A DNA stretch of 64,000 nucleotides from Candidatus Heimdallarchaeota archaeon. Lineage in GTDB: Archaea; Asgardarchaeota; Heimdallarchaeia; Heimdallarchaeales; Heimdallarchaeaceae. Shown here in pieces: positions 47,228 through 57,847 of this stretch; within the stretch, counting starts at the first letter, position 1, and each line of letters starts with the position of its first letter. The notes beneath the pieces are model-generated. The model worked only from the letters and a program-made list of their open reading frames with translations, ran no database searches and was not told where the DNA came from. The position numbers and the translations under genes are program-made. The stretch spans positions 1 through 64,000 of the forward strand of contig DXJF01000050.1 of the NCBI GenBank assembly GCA_019057375.1. The letters are read 5' to 3'.

Positions 47228-49030
47228 ATGCCCCATTCAGCTAAAGAAAGAGCCAGAATTGTTACGATTAAAGGTTCTACTGTTGAAGTAAGAGGTCTTT
47301 CTTCATATAGGATGGGAGAAATAACCTATGTAGGTGAAGAGAAACTCATAGGTGAAATTATCGAAATTGAAAGAAATTTTGCCACAGTTCAGGTATATGA
47401 ACCTCTTGAGGGATTGAAGATAAATGATCCTGTTTATCCTACAGGAAAATCTCTTTCAGCTGAACTTGGTCCAGGATTATTATCTAATATTTTTGATGGA
47501 ATTCAAAGACCATTAGAGCAAATAAAGAAGATATTATCCTCATCATTTATCCAAAGAGGAATTCATATCAATGCTTTAGATAGATATAAAAATTGGCTGT
47601 TCGAACCAAATAAAGATTTAACTAAAGGTCATTTGGTGAAAGGAGGAGATGTGTTAGGTTCTGTTCAAGAGACAGAGACTATAAAGAGTAATATTATTGT
47701 TCCTCCAAATACAAATGGGGAATTACTATCCATTCAAGAAAAGGGAGAATTTAAGATCACAGATCCTATAGTTGAGTTAAAGGGATCAGATAAAGAGAAG
47801 AAAGAGTTAACTTTAATGCACGAATGGCCTGTGAGAGTTGCCAGACCATTCTTAAAAAAATTACCTGTGTCTGAACCTCTTGTAACGGGTCAAAGAATAA
47901 TTGATATGTTCTTCCCGATAACCAAAGGTGGAACTGCTGCAATTCCAGGAGGATTTGGAACAGGAAAGACAATATTACAGCACCAATTATCAAAATGGAG
48001 CAATGCAGATGTAGTAATATACATTGGTTGTGGAGAGAGAGGAAATGAAATGACTGATGTTTTGAGAGAATTTCCTAAACTTGTAGATCCCCACACTCAA
48101 AACCCACTCATGGATAGAACATTGCTTATCGCTAATGTTTCTAATATGCCTGTTGCAGCTAGAGAAGCCTCAATTTACATGGGAATAACCATGGCTGAAT
48201 TCTATAGAGACCAGGGATTCAACGTTTTACTTACTGCAGATAGTACAAGTAGATGGGCTGAAGCTCTGAGAGAAATTGCTGGACAATTGGAAGAGATGCC
48301 AGTAGAAGAAGGTTATCCAGCTTATTTAGGAGCTAGATTAGCTAATTTCTATGAAAGAGCTGGTCAAGTTGTTACAATAGGTTCTCCATATAGAGAGGGT
48401 TCAATTAACATTACTGCAGCTATTTCTCCTCCTGGTGGTGATTTCAGTGAACCAGTTACTGCAAACACAAAACGTTTTGTGAAGACTTTTTGGGGCCTAG
48501 ATTCTAATTTAGCAAATAGAAAGCACTTCCCTTCAATTGACTGGTTAAACAGTTATTCAGGATATATAAAAGTAATAGAAGAATGGGCTTTGGAGGCCAA
48601 TTTGGAGGATTGGGGCCGTTATAGGCAAGAAATGTTTACAATTTTACAAAAAGATGATGAACTTCAACATATTGCTGAACTAATTGGTTCAAAGGCATTA
48701 CCTGCTGATGAACAGTTAATCATATTAGTAGCAGACATAATTAAAGAAGGATTTCTCCAGCAAAATGCCTTTGATAAGATTGATTCTTTCTGTCCTATAG
48801 AGAAACAAATGAAAATGATGAAACTTATGCTTCTATTTTATAATAGAGCTGAAGTTCTAATAAAGAATGGATGCCCAATCTCTTTAATCATTGGTTTAAA
48901 AACAGTTCAGATACTAAAACGAATGAAAGAAGATGTCCAAAACGACAATATAATCCAAATGAACAAAATAGAAGATTACATCCATACAGATATGGAGGAA
49001 CTAGGTTCTAAATACGGATACAAGGTGTGA
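47228..49030 (+). CDS. atpA: A/V-type ATP synthase subunit A
   Basis: [42 protein letters not shown]; no intein. Confidence 0.98.
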   Translation: MPHSAKERARIVTIKGSTVEVRGLSSYRMGEITYVGEEKLIGEIIEIERNFATVQVYEPLEGLKINDPVYPTGKSLSAELGPGLLSNIFDGIQRPLEQIKKILSSSFIQRGIHINALDRYKNWLFEPNKDLTKGHLVKGGDVLGSVQETETIKSNIIVPPNTNGELLSIQEKGEFKITDPIVELKGSDKEKKELTLMHEWPVRVARPFLKKLPVSEPLVTGQRIIDMFFPITKGGTAAIPGGFGTGKTILQHQLSKWSNADVVIYIGCGERGNEMTDVLREFPKLVDPHTQNPLMDRTLLIANVSNMPVAAREASIYMGITMAEFYRDQGFNVLLTADSTSRWAEALREIAGQLEEMPVEEGYPAYLGARLANFYERAGQVVTIGSPYREGSINITAAISPPGGDFSEPVTANTKRFVKTFWGLDSNLANRKHFPSIDWLNSYSGYIKVIEEWALEANLEDWGRYRQEMFTILQKDDELQHIAELIGSKALPADEQLIILVADIIKEGFLQQNAFDKIDSFCPIEKQMKMMKLMLLFYNRAEVLIKNGCPISLIIGLKTVQILKRMKEDVQNDNIIQMNKIEDYIHTDMEELGSKYGYKV

Positions 49031-49033
49031 TGA

Positions 49034-50428
49034 ATGGCTCGTATAACAGTTAGAGGAGTATCAGAAATTCGAGGACCAATCATTATCATAGAAGGTGTTA
49101 CAGGTATCCGAATGGGAGAATATTTAGAAGTTAATCTGCCAAACAAACCTTCTAGAAAAGGTAGAGTTTTAGCAATTGAAGAGGAAAGAGTCATCATTCT
49201 GCTTTACCAAGGTACATATGAACTAGAAAAGGATGAAATTGAAACTGAATTTTTTGGAAGAACTATGCAGCTTTTTGTAGCTGAAGATATGATTGGCAGA
49301 GTATTTAACTCTCAAGGAGAGCCGTTGGATGGATTACCCAGCATCTATTCAGATGAATACAGGGATATTAATGGATCCCCAATCAACCCAACTTCTAGAA
49401 TTTATCCAAGAGATTACATCGAAACAGGAATTTCTTCAATAGATTCAATGAACACATTAGTAAGAGGTCAAAAATTACCAATCTTTACTGGGGCCGGGTT
49501 ACCAAATAACCTGCTGATAGGTCAAATAGTGAAACAAGCAAGAATTGCAGGAGCAGAAGGTGCAGATAAATTTGCTATTGTTTTTGGTGCTATGGGGTTG
49601 ACAATGGATGATTACATCTATTTTCAGCGTTTATTTGAAGAAACAGGTACACTAAACAAAGTTGTAATGTTCTCTAATTTAGCAAGCGATTCAGCTGCTG
49701 AGAGACTTATTACTCCTCGAGTTGCATTGACAACTGCTGAATATCTAGCTTTTGATAAGGGCTACCATGTTCTAGTAATTCTATCTGATATAACCAATTA
49801 TTGTCAAGCTTTAAGAGAAATTTCAGTTGCTCTAGAAACTGTACCTTCTAGAAAGGGTTTTCCTGGTTACATGTATTCAGATTTAGCCTCAATATACGAA
49901 AGAGCGGGAATAATAGAAGATTCAAAAGGAAGCATTACATTACTTGCTAATCTGACCATGCCAAATGATGATATTACACATCCGATTGCTGACTTGACAG
50001 GTTATATTACAGAAGGTCAAATTATCCTCGACCGCTCAATGCATAATCGAGGAATTTATCCACCAATTGATGTCTTAGGATCTCTTTCTCGTTTAATGAA
50101 AGATGGAATTGGAGAAGGCTATACAAGAAAGGATCATCCTTCTTTAAGCAATCAACTTTATGCTTCTTATGCTGAAGGATTAGATAAAAGAAGGCTTGCA
50201 GAAGTAATTGGAAAAAAAGAACTAAACCGTCGAGATCAGATTTTATATGAGTTTGCAGATAAATTTGAAGATAATTTTGTGAACCAAGGGGATAACTACA
50301 GATCAATTGTGGATTCTTTAAATCTTGGATGGTCATTATTATCTAACCTTCCAGAGACTGAATTAACTAAAGTATCTGAAGATCTAATTCTGGAACATAT
50401 CAAAAATAAAGGAGCTGATTCAGATTGA
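49034..50428 (+). CDS. atpB: A/V-type ATP synthase subunit B
   Basis: RGQKLPIF, ERLITPR, PSRKGFPGYMYSDLA, TGYITEGQ. Confidence 0.98.
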   Translation: MARITVRGVSEIRGPIIIIEGVTGIRMGEYLEVNLPNKPSRKGRVLAIEEERVIILLYQGTYELEKDEIETEFFGRTMQLFVAEDMIGRVFNSQGEPLDGLPSIYSDEYRDINGSPINPTSRIYPRDYIETGISSIDSMNTLVRGQKLPIFTGAGLPNNLLIGQIVKQARIAGAEGADKFAIVFGAMGLTMDDYIYFQRLFEETGTLNKVVMFSNLASDSAAERLITPRVALTTAEYLAFDKGYHVLVILSDITNYCQALREISVALETVPSRKGFPGYMYSDLASIYERAGIIEDSKGSITLLANLTMPNDDITHPIADLTGYITEGQIILDRSMHNRGIYPPIDVLGSLSRLMKDGIGEGYTRKDHPSLSNQLYASYAEGLDKRRLAEVIGKKELNRRDQILYEFADKFEDNFVNQGDNYRSIVDSLNLGWSLLSNLPETELTKVSEDLILEHIKNKGADSD

Positions 50429-51069
50429 GAGAAGTAATTAATGTTCCTCCAACAAAGGATAACTTGTTAAAATACAAGAAAAAGCTCCAATTAGTTGAAA
50501 GAGCATACGATTTACTTAGAGAAAAATATGAAGCATTATTAATGAAATTACATATCATCTCATCACAAGCAATTTCGATGAGAGAAAAAATGGATGAAAA
50601 TCTTAGTGAAGCTTATTATGAATATATCAAAACCGAATCAGAACTAGGAAAGGATATGATTAATATTTTTAGTGAAACAATCCTAAAAGAGGTCATAATA
50701 AATTCTTTACCTCTTGAATATATGGGAGTGTCTTACTCTGATTTACAGTTAACCAATCTTCCTGATCCTTCATATGGATTCTTTGGAATTTCTAGTTCAC
50801 TGTGGATAACTGCAAAAAGATTTCGTGACATATTTGATTTAATTGTTGAATTAGCAGAAATTGAGAATTTTGCATACAAAGTAATTCGTAATCTTCAATC
50901 TACACAATTAAGTCTTAATGCTTTGGATAAAGTATACCGAGTGAGATTTGGAAATATAGTCAAATATATTGAGGAAGCGTTAGAATCATATGAATTGGAG
51001 AGTATCTACACTATCAAGAAACTTAAACAAAAAATAGAGTTAAAAAATAAAATAAAGAGGAGAAAGTAA
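50425..51069 (+). CDS. atpD: A/V-type ATP synthase subunit D
   Basis: NVPPTK.NL, YDLL.EK..AL, LAE.E, NAL..V. Confidence 0.9.
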   Translation: MREVINVPPTKDNLLKYKKKLQLVERAYDLLREKYEALLMKLHIISSQAISMREKMDENLSEAYYEYIKTESELGKDMINIFSETILKEVIINSLPLEYMGVSYSDLQLTNLPDPSYGFFGISSSLWITAKRFRDIFDLIVELAEIENFAYKVIRNLQSTQLSLNALDKVYRVRFGNIVKYIEEALESYELESIYTIKKLKQKIELKNKIKRRK

Positions 51070-51497
51070 TGAAAAAAGCACTTATCGCAATAGGAGACTT
51101 TGAAAGCGGTAAAAATCTAATCTCTCAAATTCTTGATTTCTTCTTTGATTGGGTTACAGAAATACATCTGCTGTATGTAATTGACAGAGAAAATGTAGAA
51201 CATCTAGCTAGTTATAGAAACACATCTATCGAACAGATTCTAGAAGAATATCACAGTCAGTATGCTAACATTCTTGAAAAACTCAAACTTGCTTTTTCAG
51301 ATACTCATTTGTTAATGACTTCTGAACTAGATCAAGGATTAGTTGCTGAAAGAATAATTGAAACCTCCAAAACTGAAAAGGTTGATTTCATAGTTATGGG
51401 AACAAGGAAGGAAAGTTATACAAAAAGACTATTGAAAAACTATGTTAGGTATGTAGTCGAATTGTCAGAAAGTCCTGTCTTACTATTTCCAGTATAA
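51069..51497 (+). CDS. Universal stress protein (UspA family) inside the ATPase operon
   Basis: IHLLYVID, G..AERII, DFIVMGTR, PVLLFP; TAATG overlap with atpD. Confidence 0.88.
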   Translation: MKKALIAIGDFESGKNLISQILDFFFDWVTEIHLLYVIDRENVEHLASYRNTSIEQILEEYHSQYANILEKLKLAFSDTHLLMTSELDQGLVAERIIETSKTEKVDFIVMGTRKESYTKRLLKNYVRYVVELSESPVLLFPV

Positions 51498-51498
51498 A

Positions 51499-52143
51499 GT
51501 GATGAAAATGAAAAATGAAGAGCTCTCTGAAGAAGACACTGAAAGCAGTTCTTTAACAAGACTGATTCTTAAAATCAAGAATGCTGCAGAAGAAGAAGCT
51601 AAAATAATAAATAGGGAAGCTAAGCAAAAATTGGAAGAGATAGAAAAAGGAACCAAAAAACTTGTTGATGAAGTTAAAAAACAAGAGTTAGAAAAAGAAA
51701 CCTCTAGATTGGAATTTATTAAAAAAAGAACAGAAACTGAATTTGAACAAAAAGCAAAGAAAATAACTATTCAAGCTAGAGAAAGTTTAATTGATCAGGT
51801 CTTTGAGAAAGTAAAAAAGGAAATGCTAGTATTGAGAAATAATAAAGGATATTCAAAATATTTAGAAAATCTTCTCATTTATACGATAAGGAACATCACA
51901 GCACAAAGGATGAAAATTATTGCAGATAAAAAGGATAAGGAGATATTAAATAAAATCACAGCAAATATCGCTCAAAAGGAAAAGATAAACTTCAAAGTAG
52001 ATGTCTCGTCTTTGAAGACACATGGTGGGTTCATTCTCACAGATGATTATGGGAGAATTAGGATTGATTATACGATTGAAAACACATTGAAAGCCAGTAG
52101 AGATAAAATTAGAACTAAAATAAATGAGATTCTGTTTGCATAG
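51499..52143 (+). CDS. atpE: A/V-type ATP synthase subunit E
   Basis: N-terminal coiled coil, GGFIL....GRIRIDYT. Confidence 0.9.
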   Translation: MMKMKNEELSEEDTESSSLTRLILKIKNAAEEEAKIINREAKQKLEEIEKGTKKLVDEVKKQELEKETSRLEFIKKRTETEFEQKAKKITIQARESLIDQVFEKVKKEMLVLRNNKGYSKYLENLLIYTIRNITAQRMKIIADKKDKEILNKITANIAQKEKINFKVDVSSLKTHGGFILTDDYGRIRIDYTIENTLKASRDKIRTKINEILFA

Positions 52144-54207
52144 GTGAAGAAAATGGGTTTATTTCCAGATAAAATGTTAGAAGCAACGATAATAACACCG
52201 AAAGAAGTGTTTCCTCAAGTAGTTATTAGAATAGCTGAAACTGAAAGCTTGATGATAAAGCATAATATATCTATAGAAGGATTGGAAGACTTTTATCCAT
52301 CAAACAAAATGGAAAAAATTAGACAATTAGAATCGGCTTATAAAGATCTTATAGTTCAAATTCCTGAACCTAAGGAGAAATTTAGACAAAAAATAGCTAG
52401 AGCTTATAAAAAACAGAAAACGATATCACCTATTTTTAAGAACTGGGAGAATTTAGAGGATATAGAAACAAAACTAGAAAATCAGATTAATATCTTTAAC
52501 AGTGAACTTAAGAATTTAAAGAATAAATTGGAAGAACTTACTGAATTAAAAGAAAAAGACCAACTAATTGCGAAAGGTTTTAGACTTATAGAAGAAGAAC
52601 GACCGTATAATGTAGATTCTGATGAGAGTGCATTAATAGGAGTATTAACAACATCTAGAATTGAAGATGCGGAAAACTTTGTTTCCCATTTTAAGAAACA
52701 TGAAGTAATTTTCTTGGTTAAAGATAGACATTTTGTTTACGTTAAAGGAAAAAAAGGAGAAATATCTAAACTTATCAAAGAATTATCTATTGTAAGATGG
52801 TATAAACACAACTATAAAGGTCCGATTCATTTAGATAAAACTGAACTTGAGGAAGAAATTCTAAATGAGTTTAATAACTTAAGTGAAGAAGTATCTAAAA
52901 TTGAAAATGACCTAAAACAATTTGCAATAAAACATAAAGAGGATATTGTAGCAATAAAATTGTCAATCGAAAGCTACAGTCACTTCTTAAATATATACGT
53001 TTCCGCAAAGCAAACCAAGAAAATAGTAGTTTTTCAAGGATGGGTATCAGAAAAGGAAATTGGGATAATTGAGGAAACCATAGGTGAGTTTCCAGAGGTA
53101 ATACTGGAATATGATGAACCTCCAGAAGAGATGAAAAACATCCCTGTAGCTCCAGCAAAGAATCCTATTAAGAGTGCATTTCAGAATATTGTAGCTCTTT
53201 ATGGACTTCCTGCATCTAAAGAGGTAGATCCAACGATTTTCTTAATTTTTACATTTAGTATTTTCTTTGGAATTATGTTTGGTGATGTAGGTCACGGTCT
53301 AATTTTCCTTGTAATTGGTTTAACTGGAGTATTAGCTAGGGGGTTGAAAAAAAGTATTAGACAAATGTTTCTACTTGTACTAGTAATGGGTATTACTTCG
53401 TCAATTATGGGATTCATTTTTGGTGAAGCCTTTGGTTTTCATATTGTTGAGATATTAGGGATCAGAGGACCGGGAGATCATACTCCAGTATATCTATTTG
53501 GATTAGAATATCCCTTCATCAGTCCAATTAAGGATTTGGTAGAAATTTTCAATTTAACTCTGATTATAGGAGCTCTTCATGTCATATTAGGAATAATTCT
53601 TAGAACAATAAATCAGATAAGGCATAAGGAGTATGCAGAAATAATAGAAGAAACAACTCCTCAAGTTTTTCTTTATGCAGCAGTTATATATTTTCTTTCC
53701 AGCCTGGGAATTCTAAACATTGGAATTGATCCAGCTGGTAAAGGTTTTCTTTTAGTTGGGCTTGTTTCTGTCATTATTGGAGTAGGATTAACGCTTTTTG
53801 GTCAAGGGATTGTGTCTATCTTGTTCAAAAAGAAGAGAAAAAATATATTTCGTAGTTTTCTTAGTGGAATGGGGATGGGGTTAATACACCTTCTAGAATC
53901 TTTTAGTTCTTTCATAAGTAACACTATTTCTTATGGAAGAATGCTTGCAATGCTCATTGCTCATGCGGTTTTCCTGAGTGTTATTAATGCATTAGCTGAG
54001 CAAGTTGAATTTATTCTCTTTAAAATACTAATTTTAGTAATTGGTAATATCTTTGTACTAGTTCTTGAAGGTTTATTAGTTTTTGTTCAAACTTTAAGAT
54101 TACATTTTTATGAATTCTTCAGTAAATTCTATGAAGGAAGTGGAATTCAACATAAACCAGTTTTTGTTTTCAATAAAGAAATGGATTTGAGTAAATATGG
54201 CAATTGA
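52144..54207 (+). CDS. atpI: A/V-type ATP synthase subunit I (a)
   Basis: EVDPT, FGIMFGDVGHG, NTISYGRM, LRLHFYEFFSKFYEG; likely ATG 52153. Confidence 0.97.
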   Translation: MKKMGLFPDKMLEATIITPKEVFPQVVIRIAETESLMIKHNISIEGLEDFYPSNKMEKIRQLESAYKDLIVQIPEPKEKFRQKIARAYKKQKTISPIFKNWENLEDIETKLENQINIFNSELKNLKNKLEELTELKEKDQLIAKGFRLIEEERPYNVDSDESALIGVLTTSRIEDAENFVSHFKKHEVIFLVKDRHFVYVKGKKGEISKLIKELSIVRWYKHNYKGPIHLDKTELEEEILNEFNNLSEEVSKIENDLKQFAIKHKEDIVAIKLSIESYSHFLNIYVSAKQTKKIVVFQGWVSEKEIGIIEETIGEFPEVILEYDEPPEEMKNIPVAPAKNPIKSAFQNIVALYGLPASKEVDPTIFLIFTFSIFFGIMFGDVGHGLIFLVIGLTGVLARGLKKSIRQMFLLVLVMGITSSIMGFIFGEAFGFHIVEILGIRGPGDHTPVYLFGLEYPFISPIKDLVEIFNLTLIIGALHVILGIILRTINQIRHKEYAEIIEETTPQVFLYAAVIYFLSSLGILNIGIDPAGKGFLLVGLVSVIIGVGLTLFGQGIVSILFKKKRKNIFRSFLSGMGMGLIHLLESFSSFISNTISYGRMLAMLIAHAVFLSVINALAEQVEFILFKILILVIGNIFVLVLEGLLVFVQTLRLHFYEFFSKFYEGSGIQHKPVFVFNKEMDLSKYGN

Positions 54208-54676
54208 AGGATATGTATTAGGAATAATTGGAATCGCAGGAACTATGCTAACAATTTTGGGAGCTGGTATTCCGCTAGCAAAAGGAGTTCAAGCAGCTGC
54301 TGCAGCAGTTGCAGAAAAGCAGAGATTAAATATTTTCATATTGATCTATTTAGCTTTAGCGGAGGCTTTAGCTATATATGGGCTCTTAATAGCATTTGTA
54401 ATGTATACTAAGATTCAACCTTATCTTGATGGTACTTTGCAATTAGCAGATTTTAGTCTAACTTACGGTTGGATTTACATTGCAGCGATGTTCATTATGG
54501 TTGTATCTAATCTAGGAGCAGCAATTACATTGGCAAAAGGAGAACCAGCAGCTATTGGTTCAATAACAGCAAATTCAGAAGTGTTCACACCAAATCTGAT
54601 ATATCTAGGTCTTGGTGAGGCGTTAGCAATCTATGGTCTACTAATTGCATTCATACTCCTAAATATCGTTGTTTGA
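54197..54676 (+). CDS. atpK: A/V-type ATP synthase subunit K (c), double-hairpin proteolipid
   Basis: Two repeats each containing EALAIYGLLIAF. Confidence 0.95.
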   Translation: MAIEGYVLGIIGIAGTMLTILGAGIPLAKGVQAAAAAVAEKQRLNIFILIYLALAEALAIYGLLIAFVMYTKIQPYLDGTLQLADFSLTYGWIYIAAMFIMVVSNLGAAITLAKGEPAAIGSITANSEVFTPNLIYLGLGEALAIYGLLIAFILLNIVV

Positions 54677-54686
54677 CGAGGTTCAT

Positions 54687-55742
54687 CTAAATAAGGCTTA
54701 CAATTAATTCCCTGGTTTTTTCAACAGGGAACTTATACTCCTTGAGATATAACAGTTTATTCAAATCCTGAATCTGAGCTTCGTATTGTTTAAGATAACA
54801 GAGGATACTTAGAAGTCCAAAGTCACTATAGTAAACCTTTCTTATAAATTCTAATTCTCTCGCTCTCAAGGCAATCTCTATGTGCAAAAACATTTTATCT
54901 TTCTCATATCGCTCTATACCTTCAGTTAGTTTAGCTTGATTTAAGGATTTGAGAATTTCTAAATCAATGTTTAAACTTCGTTCATCAGCAAGGGATACAA
55001 TCTGTCTTCTGAATGGTATATCTTTTGGTAATGATATTAACTCTAAAGCATCCTTTACATCAACGTTTACAAAATCAGCTTTTAGTATAACTAGGAGAAC
55101 ACTTGTAATCAGCTCTTGATGAACAAAGCTTATTGCACCACTTCTTTGATTTCTAGGAAGTTTTTGAGCTTTTTCTAACATCAAATTCAAATAGTGGACA
55201 TTTAAAGCAAACTCAAGTGGCCAGATATCTCCCACTTTGCTATAAAGTATTTCAGATATTTCGATTACCTTCTTATACTCTGTTAGTTTTATTTTTTCAA
55301 GAAAAACACCTAAATCTTCGCTCTGTAGAAGCTTTGCTATAAAAGAAGTTCTCCCAAGCATCTCTTGAGCTCGTAAATTGATTACATCTCTTAAATTGAC
55401 TTCAGCCTTTGAGTAAAGGTATCTAATAATCCTCTGAAGATTCATTACCTCGAATTTAATCATATATGCTTCAAGAAATTCTTTTCCCCATTTAGGCATG
55501 TTTTGAAGTATGAAATCATATTGATCTAATAATTGTCTTGTTAGAATACGCTCTATCTCATGAGATTGATAAGATGGCTCCAACCTAAGAATCTCACCAA
55601 TTTCAAAAGAAGTCAAATGATTTATGAAGGCTTCATAAGGTTTATTTATTAAGTTTTCAAAGTCTTCATTAGAAAGAAGTTTAGCATGTTGCCCTCTTAC
55701 ATAACTAGTGAGAAAAGATATGTCCGGTGAGATATTTGCCAT
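54687..55742 (-). CDS. atpC: A/V-type ATP synthase subunit C (d/AC39)
   Basis: VRG..AKLL...F..L, FE..NL..I.R, EFALN..Y; ATG 55742. Confidence 0.85.
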   Translation of the reverse strand: MANISPDISFLTSYVRGQHAKLLSNEDFENLINKPYEAFINHLTSFEIGEILRLEPSYQSHEIERILTRQLLDQYDFILQNMPKWGKEFLEAYMIKFEVMNLQRIIRYLYSKAEVNLRDVINLRAQEMLGRTSFIAKLLQSEDLGVFLEKIKLTEYKKVIEISEILYSKVGDIWPLEFALNVHYLNLMLEKAQKLPRNQRSGAISFVHQELITSVLLVILKADFVNVDVKDALELISLPKDIPFRRQIVSLADERSLNIDLEILKSLNQAKLTEGIERYEKDKMFLHIEIALRARELEFIRKVYYSDFGLLSILCYLKQYEAQIQDLNKLLYLKEYKFPVEKTRELIVSLI

Positions 55743-56059
55743 CAAAAGAACAAGAGATTATAGAACAAATAAAGATTGCTGAACGACAAGCAGACCAAAT
55801 TGTATCTGAAGCTAATAATGAATCATCTTTTCTAATTGAAAAAGCTCAAAGCGATAGAGTAAGAAGGTTGGAACAGGCAAAACATGAAGCGAGAGAGATA
55901 CTCAAGAAGAAAATTGAGGAAGCGAGAGATACAAAACAGTTCGAGCAGTTAATAATTGAAGCTGAAAAAGAATCTGCAGAATTAATAGGTACTACTAAGG
56001 ATAAAATTTCAAAAGCAGCTAAAGAAGTTGCAAAATTCATACTAGACATCAATGAATAG
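55727..56059 (+). CDS. atpH: A/V-type ATP synthase subunit H (G)
   Basis: IEQIKIAERQADQIV.EA...A coiled coil; alternative start TTG 55736 after a GGTGA SD. Confidence 0.8.
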   Translation: MRYLPSKEQEIIEQIKIAERQADQIVSEANNESSFLIEKAQSDRVRRLEQAKHEAREILKKKIEEARDTKQFEQLIIEAEKESAELIGTTKDKISKAAKEVAKFILDINE

Positions 56060-56067
56060 CTTTTTTT

Positions 56068-56808
56068 TCATTCATCAACTAGTTCAAAATCATCAATCTC
56101 ATCAAATTCTATTTCTTCAAATTCAACCTCTTCTATCTCTTCTGAAGAGTCCTCTTTTAGATCTTCTAGGTGATCTTCTACCATTTCTACGAGTTCTGAT
56201 ATCTCATCCACAATAAAGGGAGTATCTAACTCTCCTTCATCTGAATATCCCCAATTTACTCCAAAACAGGGAATTTTTAACATCTCAGAAACATAAACAT
56301 CATTAGGTAAATCACCAACAAAAATTCCTCTAGCGATGGTATCTGGGTCTATGTTGTGAACGATTAACTCAAATTTGTCATCTCCAGCTAATAGCTGGTC
56401 AAAAGGATTATCCTTACCAAAAAGTTTCTCCATCAAGATATTAGAAGCAGTTTCATCTTCCATCAGTGGATTCTGTGTAACCAAAATGAGTGAAATATTT
56501 TCATCTAATTCTTTGATCTTCAACAAAGTTTCTTGTACTTCAGGATATAATTCAACTATTTCCGTAAATTTTTTTTTCTGAAGATTGGCTATTTTATTTT
56601 TCTTAATCAAGAGTTTAACAGGGTTCACCGGATATTTGAAGAACATGGCCATACTTTGTCCTTTTCTGGATGCATCTTTGTACATCTGCTTAATTTTGCT
56701 GCTAGGAAAATCTTTTCCTAAAGCTTCTTTGAAAACTTGTCGAGTTACTTCTAGAGTATCAACTAAAGTTCCTCCAAAATCGAAAAAGATAGGAATAGTA
56801 TCACTCAT
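56068..56808 (-). CDS. HAD-superfamily hydrolase with acidic tail
   Basis: FDFGGTLVDT, VT, FVGD...D, GV.WGY. Confidence 0.9.
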   Translation of the reverse strand: MSDTIPIFFDFGGTLVDTLEVTRQVFKEALGKDFPSSKIKQMYKDASRKGQSMAMFFKYPVNPVKLLIKKNKIANLQKKKFTEIVELYPEVQETLLKIKELDENISLILVTQNPLMEDETASNILMEKLFGKDNPFDQLLAGDDKFELIVHNIDPDTIARGIFVGDLPNDVYVSEMLKIPCFGVNWGYSDEGELDTPFIVDEISELVEMVEDHLEDLKEDSSEEIEEVEFEEIEFDEIDDFELVDE

Positions 56809-56859
56809 GGTTTAGAAATATATTATCCCCTTTTAAATAAAAAGGTAAAAGAGAAATAT

Positions 56860-57846
56860 CTATCTCTTGAATCTCCTTTTCTTTGACCTTTCCGTTTCTC
56901 TATGTCTAGATTTAAGTCCAAGTTGTAACGTTCTACCCGCAAGAATGAGACCAGCAATTGCACCGAAAATTCCAAAATAGAATAGGATACTCTGAACCGC
57001 TAGATAAATACCAGCTAGTCCTACTGCTGCGAAAATAGTAGTTAATACTCCAACTTGTATCCAATAGGAAGTTTCTCGGGGAACATCAGTTAGTACTGTC
57101 CTACCAGTTGCCCCATCTAATGTAGCATTGTGTTTCTTTCCAGCTGCTTCAAATTCAATGAAATAGAATGGTATGTGTAATAAATAAACACCTTTTATTT
57201 CTGGTTGATCTCTAACTTCAAGAATTTGAGCTAATTCTTTGAGCATCAGTCCTTTATGTATCTCTCTCATCGAGTGTGTAGCTTCATTTTTGGCTTGATC
57301 TAAATCGAATATACTAGGAACAACATCAGCTTTAACTTTCTCTGCCTCGAGTGCTTGGAAAAACCTCTTACCTCTGGTTGATATTTCAAAGTTGATTAAA
57401 TCAGTTTTTGCTTCTTCAGCTGCATATATTATGAACTCTCTAGTATCATCAAATACTCCTTGTTCAGGTTTCAGATGAGTACTGATATGCCTATATCCGG
57501 ATTTGTATCGATTGCTAAATGTAGCATATTCTCCATTTCCTTTGTATTCTGTTCGGAGGTGAACAGTTACAATGAAATAGGGATAGAATTTAAGATCTAA
57601 TTTAGTAATTTTTAATGATTTATGCAAATCTTCAGGAGCACCTGGATATTTAAGTATGTCACCTACAAGTTCAGTTCTAATTTGCTCAACATCATAAACT
57701 ACTGGTAACATAAAATGTTCAATCAGGTCTGTTACTTTCTTTAGTTCACTTGTTACAGAACAATATGGACATGTAACATGTGATTGTGTAGCTTCTAATT
57801 CTAAAGGTGCAGCACAATTTGGGCACATTATTGATCTTACACTCAT
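56860..57846 (-). CDS. Zn-ribbon membrane protein, YdjG-like
   Basis: CPNCAAP...CPYC, FYPY, HIPFY...F...GATG, two C-terminal TM. Confidence 0.7.
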   Translation of the reverse strand: MSVRSIMCPNCAAPLELEATQSHVTCPYCSVTSELKKVTDLIEHFMLPVVYDVEQIRTELVGDILKYPGAPEDLHKSLKITKLDLKFYPYFIVTVHLRTEYKGNGEYATFSNRYKSGYRHISTHLKPEQGVFDDTREFIIYAAEEAKTDLINFEISTRGKRFFQALEAEKVKADVVPSIFDLDQAKNEATHSMREIHKGLMLKELAQILEVRDQPEIKGVYLLHIPFYFIEFEAAGKKHNATLDGATGRTVLTDVPRETSYWIQVGVLTTIFAAVGLAGIYLAVQSILFYFGIFGAIAGLILAGRTLQLGLKSRHRETERSKKRRFKR

Positions 57847-57847
57847 T

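Noticed and set aside
47228-49030. Intein in ATPase subunit A
   Set aside because: 600 aa with an uninterrupted GCGERGNE region
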